Made by a program: the position numbers and the translations under genes
The notes under the pieces: model-generated
The model's input: the letters and a program-made list of their open reading frames with translations, nothing else
What the model was told of the DNA's origin: nothing
The model's database searches: none
Assembly (NCBI GenBank): GCA_964016885.1
Contig: OZ024760.1
Coordinates: 33,108,001-33,172,000, forward strand
DNA: 64,000 nt
Source of the DNA: Eledone cirrhosa
Taxonomy: Eukaryota
Reading direction: 5' to 3'
Part shown: in pieces, positions 52,701-64,000 of the stretch
Layout: every line of letters begins with the position of its first letter
How positions within the stretch are numbered: the first letter of the stretch is position 1

Positions 52701-55700
52701 TCAGCTTTACTACCAGTTAACTGGGGTACATCCCTTATCTCAACTTTACTACGAGTTAACTTGGGTACATCCCTTATCTCAGATTTACTACCAGTTAACT
52801 GAGGTAACACCCCTTATCTCAGCTTTACTACCAGTTAACTGGGGTACATCCCTTATCTCAACTTTACTACCAGTTAACTGGGGTACATCCCTTAACTCAA
52901 CTTTACTACCACTTAACTGAGGTAACACCCCTTATCTCAGCTTTACTACCAGTTAACTGAGGTACACTCCTTATCTCAGCTTTGCTACCAGTTAACTGGG
53001 GTACATCCCTTATCTCAACTTTACTACCAGTGAACTGAGGTAAAACTCCTTATCTCAGCTTTACTGCCAGTTAACTGAGGTAACACTCCTTATCTCAGCT
53101 TTGCTACCAGTTAACTGAGGTAACACTCTTTATCTCGGCTTTACTACCAGTTAACTGAGGTAACACCCCTTATCTCGGCTTTAGTTCCAGTTAACTGTGG
53201 TACATCCCTTACCTCAACTTTACTACCAGTTAACTTGTGTACATCCCTTATCTCAGCTTTACTACCAGTTAACTGAGGTAACACACCTTATCTCAGCTTT
53301 ACTCCCAGTTAACTGGGGTACATCCCTTACCTCAACGTTACTACCAGTTAACTTGGGTACATCCCTTATCTCAGCTTTACTACCAGTTAACTGAGGTAAC
53401 ACCCCTTATCTCAGCTTTACTCCCAGTTAACTGGGGTACATCCCTTATCTCAGCTTTACTACCAGTTAACTGAGGTAACACCTCTTATCTCAGCTTTACT
53501 CCCAGTTATCTGGGGTACATTTCCTTACCTCAACTTTACTACCAGTTAATTGAGGTACATCCCTTATCTCAGCTTTACTACCAGTTAAGTGAGGTAACAC
53601 CCCTTATCTCAGCTTTACTACCAGTTAACTTGGGTAACACCCCTTACCTCAGCTTTACTACCAGTTAAATGAGGTAACACTCCTTATCTCAGGTTTACTA
53701 CCAGGTAAGTAAGTGAGGTAACACTCCTTACCTCACTTTACTACCAGTTAACTGGGGTACATCCCTTATCTCAACTTTACTACCAGTTAACTGGGGTACA
53801 TCCCTTATCTCAACTTTACTACCAGTTAACTGAGGTAACACCCCTTATCTCAGCTTTACTACCAGTTAACTGGGGTACATCCCTTATCTCAACTTTACTA
53901 CCAGTTAACTGAGGTAACACCCCTTATCTCAGCTTTACTACCAGTTAACTGAGGTAACACCCCTTATCTCAGCTTTACTACCAGTTAACTTAGGTAACAC
54001 TCTTTATCTCAGCTTTACTACCAGTTAACTGAGGTAACACTCCTTATCTCAGCTTTACTACCAGTTAACTGAGGTAACACCCCTTATCTCAGCTTTACTA
54101 CCAGTTAACTGAGGTAACACCCCTTATCTCAGCTTTACTACCAGTTAACTGAGGTAACACCCCTTATCTCAGCTTTACTACCAGTTAACTGAGGTAACAC
54201 CCCTTATCTCAGCTTTACTACCAGTTAACTGAGGTAACACCCCTTATCTCAGCTTTACTACCAGTGAACTGAGGTAACATCCCTTATCTCAGCTTTACTA
54301 CCAGTTAACTGAGGTAACACACCTTATCTCAGCTTTACTACCAGTGAACTGAGGTAACATCCCTTATCTCAGCTTTACTACCAGTTAACTGATGTAACAC
54401 ACCTTATCTCGGCTTTACTACCAGTTAACTGAGGTAACACTCCTTATCTCAGCTTTACTACCAGTTAACTGAGGTAACACTCCTTATCTCAGCTTTACTA
54501 CCTGTGAACTGAGGTAAAACTCCTTATCTCAGCTTTACTACCAGTTAACTGAGGTAACACTCCTTATCTCGGCTTTACTACCAGTTAACTGAGGTAACAC
54601 TCCTTATCTCAGCTTTACTACCTGTGAACTGAGGTAAAACTCCTTATCTCAGCTTTACTACCAGTTAACTGAGGTAACACTCCTTATCTCGGCTTTACTA
54701 CCAGTTAACTGAGGTAACACTCCTTATCTCAGCTTTACTACCTGTGAACTGAGGTAAAACTCCTTATCTCAGCTTTACTACCAGTTAACTGAGGTAACAC
54801 TCCTTATCTCGGCTTTACTACCAGTTAACTGAGGTAACACTCCTTATCTCAGCTTTACTACCTGTGAACTGAGGTAAAACTCCTTATCTCAGCTTTACAA
54901 CCAGTGAACTGAGGTAACATCCCTTATCTCAGCTTTGCTACCAGTTAACTGGGGTACATCCCTTATGTCAGCTTTACTACCAATGAACTGAGGTAAAACT
55001 CCTTATCTCAGCTTTACTACCAGTTAACTGAGGTAACGCCCCTTATCTCAGCTTTACTACCAGTGAACTGAGGTAAAACTCCTTATCTCAGCTTTACTAC
55101 CAGTTAACTGGGGTACATCCCTTATCTCAGCTTTGCTACCAGTTAACTGGGGTACATCCCTTATCTCAGCTTTACTACCAGTGAACTGAGGTAAAACTCC
55201 TTATCTCAGCTTTGCTACCAGTTAACTGGGGTACATCCCTTATCTCAGCTTTACTACCAGTGAACTGAGGTAAAACTCCTTATCTCAGCTTTACTACCAG
55301 TTAACTGGGGTAACACTCCTTATCTCAGCTTTACTACCAGTTAACTGAGGGAACACCCCTTATATCAGCTTTACTACCAGGGAACTGAGGTAAAACTCCT
55401 TATCTCAGCTTTACTACCAGTTAACTGGGGTACATCCCTTATCTCAGCTTTGCTACCAGTTAACTGGGGTACATCCCTTATCTCAGCTTTACTACCAGTG
55501 AACTGAGGTAAAACTCCTTATCTCAGCTTTGCTACCAGTTAACTGGGGTACATCCCTTATCTCAGCTTTACTACCAGTGAACTGAGGTAAAACTCCTTAT
55601 CTCAGCTTTACTACCAGTTAACTGGGGTAACACTCCTTATCTCAGCTTTACTACCAGTTAACTGAGGTAACACCCCTTATCTCAGCTTTACTACCAGTGA

Positions 55701-58700
55701 ACTGAGGTAACACCCCTTATCTCAGCTTTACTACCAGTTAACTGAGGTAACACTCCTTACCTCAGCTTTACTACCAGTTAACTGAGGTAACACCCCTTAT
55801 CTCAGCTTTACCACCAGTGAACTGAGGTAACACCCCTTATCTCAGCTTTACCACCAGTGAACTGAGGTAACACCCCTTATCTCAGCTTTACTACCAGTTA
55901 ACTGAGGTAACACTCCTTACCTCAGCTTTACTACCAGTTAACTGAGGTAACACCCCTTATCTCAGCTTTACTCCCAGTTAACTGGGGTACATCCCTTATC
56001 TCAGCTTTACTACCAGTTAACTGAGGTAACACCTCTTATCTCAGCTTTACTCCCAGTTATCTGGGGTACATCCCTTACCTCAGCTTTACTACCAGTTAAT
56101 TGAGGTAACATCCCTAATCTCAGCTTTACCACCAGTTAACTGAGGTAACACCCCTTATCTCAGCTTTACTCCCAGTTAACTGGGGTACATTTCCTTACCT
56201 CAACTTTACTACCAGTTAATTGAGGTACATCCCTTATCTCAGCTTTACTACCAATTAAGTGAGGTAACACTCATTATCTCAGCTTTACTACCAGGTAAGT
56301 GAGGTAACACCCCTTACCTCAGCTTTACTACCAGTTAACTGAGGTAACACCCCTTATCTCAGCTTTACTACCAGTTAACTGAGGTAACACTCCTTATCTC
56401 AGCTTTGCTACCAGTGAACTGAGGTAACACTCCTTACCTGAGATTTACTACCAGTTAACTGAGGTAACATCCCTTATCTCAGCTTTACTACCAGTTAACT
56501 GAGGTATCACCCCTTATCTCAGCTTTACTACCAGTGAACTGAGGTAACACTCCTTATCTCAGCTTTACTACCAGTTAACTGAGGTAACACCCCTTATCTC
56601 AGCTTTACTCCCAGTTAACTGGGGAACATCCCTTACCTCAACTTTACTACCAGTTAACTTGGGTACATCCCTTATCTCAGCTTTACTACCAGTTAACTGA
56701 GGTAACACCCCTTATCTCAGCTTTACTCCCAGTTAACTGGGGAACATCCCTTACCTCAACTTTACTACCAGTTAACTTGGGTACATCCCTTATCTCAGCT
56801 TTACTACCAGTTAAGTGAGGTAACACACCTTATCTCAGCTTTACTCCCAGTTAACTGGGGTACATCCCTTATCTCAGCTTTACTACCATTTAACTGAGGT
56901 AACACCTCTTATCTCAGCTTTACTCCCAGTTAACTGAGGTAACATCCCTTATGTCAGCTTTACTACCAGTTAACTGAGGTAACATCCCTAATCTCAGCTT
57001 TACTACCAGTTAACTGAGGTAACATCCCTTATCTCAGCTTTACTACCAGTTAAGTGAGGTAACACCCCTTATCTCAGCTTTACTCCCAGTTAACTGGGGT
57101 TCATTTCCTTACCTCAACTTTACTACCAGTTAACTTGGGTACATCCCTTATCTCAGATTTACTACCAGTGAACTGAGGTAACATCCTTACCTCAGCTTTA
57201 CTCCCAATTAACTGAGGTAACATCCCTTATCTCAGCTTTACTACCAGTTAACTGAGGTAACATCCCTTATCTCAGCTTTACTACCAGTTAACTGAGGTAA
57301 CACCCCTTATCTCAGCTTTACTACCAGTTAACTGAGGTAACACCCCTTATCTCAGCTTTACTACCAGTTAACTGGGGTACATCCCTTATCTCAACTTAAC
57401 TACCAGTTAACTTGGGTACATCCCTTATCTCAGATTTACTACCAGTGAACTGAGGTAACACCCCTTATCTCAACTTTACTACCATTTAACTGAGGTAACA
57501 CCCCTTACCTCAGATTTACTACCAGTTAACTGAGGTAACATCCCTTATCTCAGCTTTACTACCAGTTAACTGAGGTAACACCCCTTATCTCAGCTTTACT
57601 ACCAGTTAACTGAGGTAACACTCCTTATCTCAGCTTTACTACCAGTTAACTGAGGTAACACCCCTTACCTCAGCTTTACTACCAGTGAACTGAGGTAACA
57701 CTCCTTATCTCGGCTTTACTACCAGTTAACTGAGGTAACATCCCTTATCTCAGCTGTACTACCAGTTAACTGGGGTACATCCCTTATCTCAGCTTTACTA
57801 CCAGTTAACTGAGGTAACACTCCTTATCTCAGCTTTACTACCAGTTAACAGAGGTAACACTCCTTATCTCAGCTTGCTACCAATTAACTGAGGTAACACT
57901 CTTTATCTCAGCTTTACTACCAGTTAACTGAGGTAACACCCCTTATCTCAGCTTTACTACCAGTTAACTGAGGTAACATCCCTTATCTCAGCTTTACTCC
58001 CAGTTAACTGGGGTGCATCCCTTACCTCAACTTTATTACCAGTTAACTTGGGTACATCCCTTATCTCAGCTTTACTACCAGTTAACTGAGGTAACACCCC
58101 TTATCTCAGCTTTACTCCCAGTTAACTGGGGAACATCCCTTATCTCAACTTTACTACCAGTTAACTTGGGTACATCCCTTATCTCAGCTTTACTACCAGT
58201 TAACTGAGGTAACACCCCTTATCTCAGCTTTACTCCCAGTTAACTGGGGTACATCCCTTATCTCAGCTTTACTACCAGTTAACTGAGGTAACACCCCTTA
58301 TCTCAGCTTTACTACCAGTTAACTGAGGTAACACCCTTTATCTCAGCTTTACTCCCAGTTAACTGGGGTTCATTTCCTACCTCAACTTTACTACCAGTTA
58401 ACTTGGGTACATCCCTTATCTCAGATTTACTACCAGTTACCTGAGGTAACACCCCTTATCTCAGCTTTACTCCCAGTTAACTGGGGTACATCCCTTATCT
58501 CAACTTTACTACCTGTTAACTGAGGTAACACCCCTTATCTCAGCTTTACTACCAGTGAACTGAGGTAACACTCCTTATCTCAGCTTTACTACCAGTTAAC
58601 TGAGGTAACACTCCTTTTCTCAGCTTTGCTACCAGTGAACTGAGGTAACACTCCTTACCTGAGCTTTACTACCAGTTAACTGAGGTAACACTCCTTATCT

Positions 58701-61700
58701 CAGCTTTACTACCAGTTAACTGAGGTAACACTCCTTATCTAAGCTTTACTACCAGTTAACTGAGGTAACACTCCTTATCTCAGCTTTACTACCAGTTAAC
58801 TGAGGTACATCCCTTACCTCAACTTTACTACCAGTTAACTTGTGTACATCCCTTATCTCAGCTTTACTACCAGTTAACTGAGGTAACGCCCCTTATCTCA
58901 GCTTTACTCCCAGTTAACTGGGGTACATCCCTTATCTCAGCTTTACTACCAGTTAACTGAGGTAACACCTCTTATCTCAGCTTTACTCCCAGTTAACTGG
59001 GGTACATCCCTTACCTAAACTTTACTACCAGTTAACTTGGGTACATCCCTTATCTCAGCTTTACTACCAGTTAACTGAGGTAACACCCCTTATCTCAGCT
59101 TTACTCCCACTTAACTAGGGTACATCCCTTATCTCAGCTTTACTACCAGTTAACTGAGGTAACACCTCTTATCTCAGCTTTACTCCCAGTTAACTGGGGT
59201 ACATTTCCTTACCTCAACTTTACTACCAGTTAATTGAGGTACATCCCTTATCTCAGATTTACTACCAGTTAACTGAGGTAACACCCCTTATCTCAGCTTT
59301 ACTACCAGTTAACTTGGGTAACACCCCTTACCTCAGCTTTACTACCAGTTAACTGGGGTAACACACCTTATCTCAGCTTTACTCCCAGTTAACTGAGGTA
59401 ACACCCCTTACCTCAACTTTACTACCAATTAAGTGAGGTAACACTCATTATCTCAGCTTTACTACCAGGTAAGTGAGGTAACACCCCTTACCTCAGCTTT
59501 ACTACCAGTTAACTGAGGTAACACCCCTTATCTCAGCTTTACTACCAGTTAACTGGGGTACATCCCTTACCTCAACTTTACTACCAGTTAACTTGGGTAC
59601 ATCCCTTATCTCAGCTTTACTACCAGTGAACTGAGGTAACACTCCCTATCTCAGCTTTACTACAAGTTAACTGAGGTAACACTCCTTATCTCAGCTTTAC
59701 TACCAGTTAACTGAGGTAACATCCCTTATCTCAGCTGTACTACCAGTTAACTGGGGTACATCCCTTATCTCAGCTTTACTACCAGTGAACTGAGGTACAT
59801 CCCTTACCTCAACTTTACTACCAGTTAACTTGTGTACATCCCCTATCTCAGCTTTACTACCAGTTAACTGAGGTAACGCCCCTTATCTCAGCTTTACTCC
59901 CAGTTAACTGGGGTACATCCCTTATCTCAGCTTTACTACCAGTTAACTGAGGTAACACCTCTTATCTCAGCTTTACTCCCAGTTAACTGGAGTACATCCT
60001 TTACCTAAACTTTACTACCAGTTAACTTGGGTACATCCCTTATCTCAGCTTTACTACCAGTTAACTGAGGTAACACCCCTTATCTCAGCTTTACTACCAG
60101 TTAACTTGGATAACACCCCTTACCTCAGCTTTACTACCAGTTAACTGGGGTAACACCCCTTATCTCAGCTTTACTCCCAGTTAACTGGGGTACATTTCCA
60201 TACCTCAACTTTACTACCAGTTAATTGAGGTACATCCCTTATCTCAGATTTACTACCAGTTAACTGAGGTAACACCCCTTATCTCAGCTTTACTACCAGT
60301 GAACTGAGGTAAAACTCCTTATCTCAGCTTTACTCCCAGTTAACTGGTGTATATCCCTTATCTCAGCTTTACTACCAGTTAACTGAGGTAACACCTCTTA
60401 TCTCAGCTTTACTCCCAGTTAACTGGGGTACATCCCTTACCTAAACTTTACTACCAGTTAACTTGGGTACATCCCTTATCTCAGCTTTACTACCAGTTAA
60501 CTGAGGTAACACCCCTTATCTCAGCTTTACTACCAGTTAACTTGGATAACACCCCTTACCTCAGCTTTACTACCAGTTAACTGGGGTAACACCCCTTATC
60601 TCAGCTTTACTCCCAGTGAACTGAGGTAACACTCCTTATCTCAGCTTTACTACCAGTTAACTGAGGTAACATCCCTTATCTCAGCTGTACTACCAGTTAA
60701 CTGAGGTACATCCCTTATCTCAGCTTTACTACCAGTGAACTGAGGTAAAACTCCTTATCTCAGCTTTACTCCCAGTTAACTGGGGTATATCCCTTATCTC
60801 AGCTTTACTACCAGTTAACTGAGGTAACACCTCTTATCTCAGCTTTACTCCCAGTTAACTGGGGTACATCCCTTACCTAAACTTTACTACCAGTTAACTT
60901 GGGTACATCCCTTATCTCAGCTTTACTACCAGTTAATTGAGGTAACACCCCTTATCTCAGCTTTACTCCCAGTTAACTAGGGTACATCCCTTATCTCAGC
61001 TTTACTACCAGTTAACTGAGGTAACACCTCTTATCTCAGCTTTACTCCCAGTTAACTGGGGTACATTTCCTTACCTCAACTTTACTACCAGTTAATTGAG
61101 GTACATCCCTTATCTCAGATTTACTACCAGTTAACTGAGGTAACACCCCTTATCTCAGCTTTACTACCAGTTAACTTGGGTAACACCCCTTACCTCAGCT
61201 TTACTACCAGTTAAATGGGGTAACACCCCTTATCTCAGCTTTACTCCCAGTTAACTGAGGTAACACCCCTTACCTCAGCTTTACTACCAATTAAGTGAGG
61301 TAACACTCATTATCTCAGCTTTACTACCAGGTAAGTGAGGTAACACCCCTTACCTCAGCTTTACTACCAGTTAACTGAGGTAACACCCCTTATCTCAGCT
61401 TTACTACCAGTTAACTGGGGTACATCCCTTACCTCAACTTTACTACCAGTTAACTTGGGTACATCCCTTATCTCAGCTTTACTATCAGTGAACTGAGGTA
61501 ACACTCCCTATCTCAGCTTTACTACAAGTTAACTGAGGTAACACTCCTTATCTCAGCTTTACTACCAGTTAACTGAGGTAACATCCCTTATCTCAGCTGT
61601 ACTACCAGTTAACTGGGGTACATCCCTTATCTCAGCTTTACTACCAGTGAACTGAGGTAAAACTCCTTATCTCAGCTTTACTACCAGTTAACTGAGGTAA

Positions 61701-64000
61701 CACCCCTTATCTCAGCTTTACTACCAGTTAACTGAGGTAACATCCCTTATCTCAGCTTTACTACCAGTTAACTTGGGTACATCCCTTATCTCAGCTTTAC
61801 TACCAGTTAACTGAGGTAACACTCCTTATCTCAGCTTTACTACCAGTTAACTGGGGTACATCCCTTATCTCAGCTTTACTACCAGTTAACTGAGGCAACA
61901 CCCCTTATCTCAGCTTTACTACCAGTGAACTGAGGTAACATCCCTTATCTCAGCTTTACTACCAGTGAACTGGTCTAACACGCCCTATCTCACCTTTACT
62001 CCCAGTTATCTGGGGTACATCCCTTACCTCAACTTCACTATCAGTTAACTGAGGTAACATCCCTTACCTCAGCTTTACTACCAGTTAACTGAGGTAACAT
62101 CCCTTAACTCAGCTTTACTACCAGTTAACTGAGGTAACACCCCTTATCTCAGCTTTACTCCCAGTTAACTGGGGTACATCCCTTACCTCAACTTTACTAC
62201 CAGTTAACTTGGGTACATCCCTTATCTCAGCTTTACTACCAGTTAACCGAGGTAACACCCCTTATCTAGGCTTTACTCCCAGTTAACTGGGGTACATCCC
62301 TTATCTCAGCTTTACTACCAGTTAACTTGGGTAACACCCCTTACCTCAGCTTTACTACCAGTTAACTGGGGTAACACCCCTTATCTCAGCTTTACTCCCA
62401 GTTAACTGAGGTAACACCCCTTACCTCAACTTTACTACCAGTTAACTGAGGTAACACTCCTTATCTCAGCTTTACTACCAGGTAAGTAAGTGAGGTAACA
62501 CCCCTTACCTCACTTTACTGCCAGTTAACTGAGGTAACACCCCTTATCTCAGCTTTACTACCAGTTAACTGAAGTAACACTCCTTACCTGAGCTTTACTA
62601 CCAGTTAACTGAGGTAACACTCCTTATCTCAGCTTTACTACCAGTTAACTGAGGTAACACCCCTTATCTCAGCTTTACTCCCAGTTAACTGGGGTACATC
62701 CCTTATCTCAACTTTACTACCAGTTAACTTGGGTACATCCCTTATCTCAGCTTTACTACCAGTGAACTGAGGTAACACTCCTTACCTGAGCTTTACTACC
62801 AGTTAACTGAGGTAACATCCCTTATCTCAGCTTTACTACCAATTAACTGAGGTAACACTCCTTACCTGAGCTTTACTACCAGTTAACTGAGGTAACACTC
62901 CTTATCTCAGCTTTACTACCAGTTAACTGAGGTAACACTCCTTATCTCAGCTTTACTACCAGTTAACTGAGGTAACACCCCTTATCTCAGCTTTACTCCC
63001 AGTTAACTGGGGTACATCCCTTATCTCAGCTTTACTACCAGTTAACTGAGGTAACACCCCTTATCTCAGCTTTACTACTAGTTAACTTGGGTAACACCCC
63101 TTACCTCAACTTTACTACCAGTTAATTGGGGTAACACCCCTTATCTCAGCTTTACTCCCAGTTAACTGAGGTAACACCCCTTACCTCAGCTTTACTACCA
63201 GTTAACTGAGGTAACACCCCTTATCTCAGCTTTACTACCAGTGAACTGAGGTAACACCTCTTATCTCAGCTTTACTACCAGTTAACTGAGGTAACACCCC
63301 TTACCTCAGTTTTACTACCAGTTAACTGATGTAACACTCCTTACCTGAGCTTTACTACCAGTTAACTTGGGTACATCCCTTATCTCAGCTTTACTAACAG
63401 TTAACTGAGGTAACACCCCTTATCTCAGCTTTACTAACAGTTAACTGAGGTAACACCCCTTACCTCAGTTTTACTACCAGTTAACTGATGTAACACCCCT
63501 TATCTCAGCTTTACTACCAGTGAACTGAGGTAACACCCCTTATCTCAGCTTTACTACCAGTTAACTGAGGTAACACTCCTTATCTCAGCTTTACTACCAG
63601 TTAACGGAGGTAACACCGCTTATCTCAGCTTTACTACCAGTTAACTGAGGTAACACCCCTTATCTCAGCTTTACTACCAGTTAACTGAGGTAACACCCCT
63701 TATCTCAGCTTTACTCCCAGTTAACTGGGGTGCATCCCTTACCCCAACTTTACTACCATTTAACTTGGGTACATCACTTATCTCAGCTTTACTACCAGTT
63801 AACTGAGGTAACACCCCTTATCTCAGCTTTACTCCCAGTTAACTGGGGTACATCCCTTACCTCAACTTTACTACCAGTTAACTTGGGTACATCTCTTATC
63901 TCAGCTTTACTACCAGTTAACTGAGGTAACACCCCTTATCTCAGCTTTACTCCCAGTTAACTGGGGTACATCCCTTATCTCAGCTTTACTACCAGTGAAC
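31800..64000. repeat. 40/39-bp satellite array, ~800 copies, continuing past the window edge
   Basis: Unit CCAGTTAACTGAGGTAACACCCCTTATCTCAGCTTTACTA, with a 39-bp variant …AACTGGGGTACATCCCTT…. Kb-scale internal duplications and no TE interruptions. Confidence 0.98.

Noticed and set aside
31800-64000. CRISPR-like appearance of regularly spaced palindromic repeats
   Set aside because: Units are head-to-tail with no unique spacers, there are no cas genes, and the context is eukaryotic.
31800-64000. Hammerhead ribozyme in the satellite monomer
   Set aside because: No CTGANGA…GAAA core on either strand of the consensus.

Overview
Gene-free, repeat-dominated eukaryotic DNA. The AT-rich microsatellites, RTE remnants and a tRNA-derived SINE look like an octopus/cephalopod genome (recalled, not verified). 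Layout: (1) 1-3357 holds decayed RTE-clade LINE 3' fragments and a ~489-bp tandem duplication among (TA)n tracts. (2) 3358-24906 is a 20-bp purine-pyrimidine-alternating satellite (GTATGTGTATATATGTACAT). It carries three near-identical, differently 5'-truncated, co-oriented copies of a young CR1-like APE-RT LINE (4307-8540, 9453-10780, 11146-13836, minus strand). (3) 24907-31760 holds an RTE remnant, a non-autonomous Helitron, a 48-bp minisatellite, a fold-back structure and a SINE. (4) 31800-64000 is a 40/39-bp satellite with built-in dyad symmetry. The best candidate for a new system is the LINE family. It appears to home into the 20-bp satellite: the junctions are independent, the repeat phase is preserved across copy 2 with no target-site duplication, and each 3' tail of (TTCAAAGTTA)n ends at a TA. 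Its ORF1 has polyQ plus two CCCH zinc fingers. Its ORF2 lacks an ATG and is joined to ORF1 by an in-frame U-UUU-UUA slippery heptamer, suggesting -1 ribosomal frameshifting. Nearly all other ORFs in the track are repeat artefacts.
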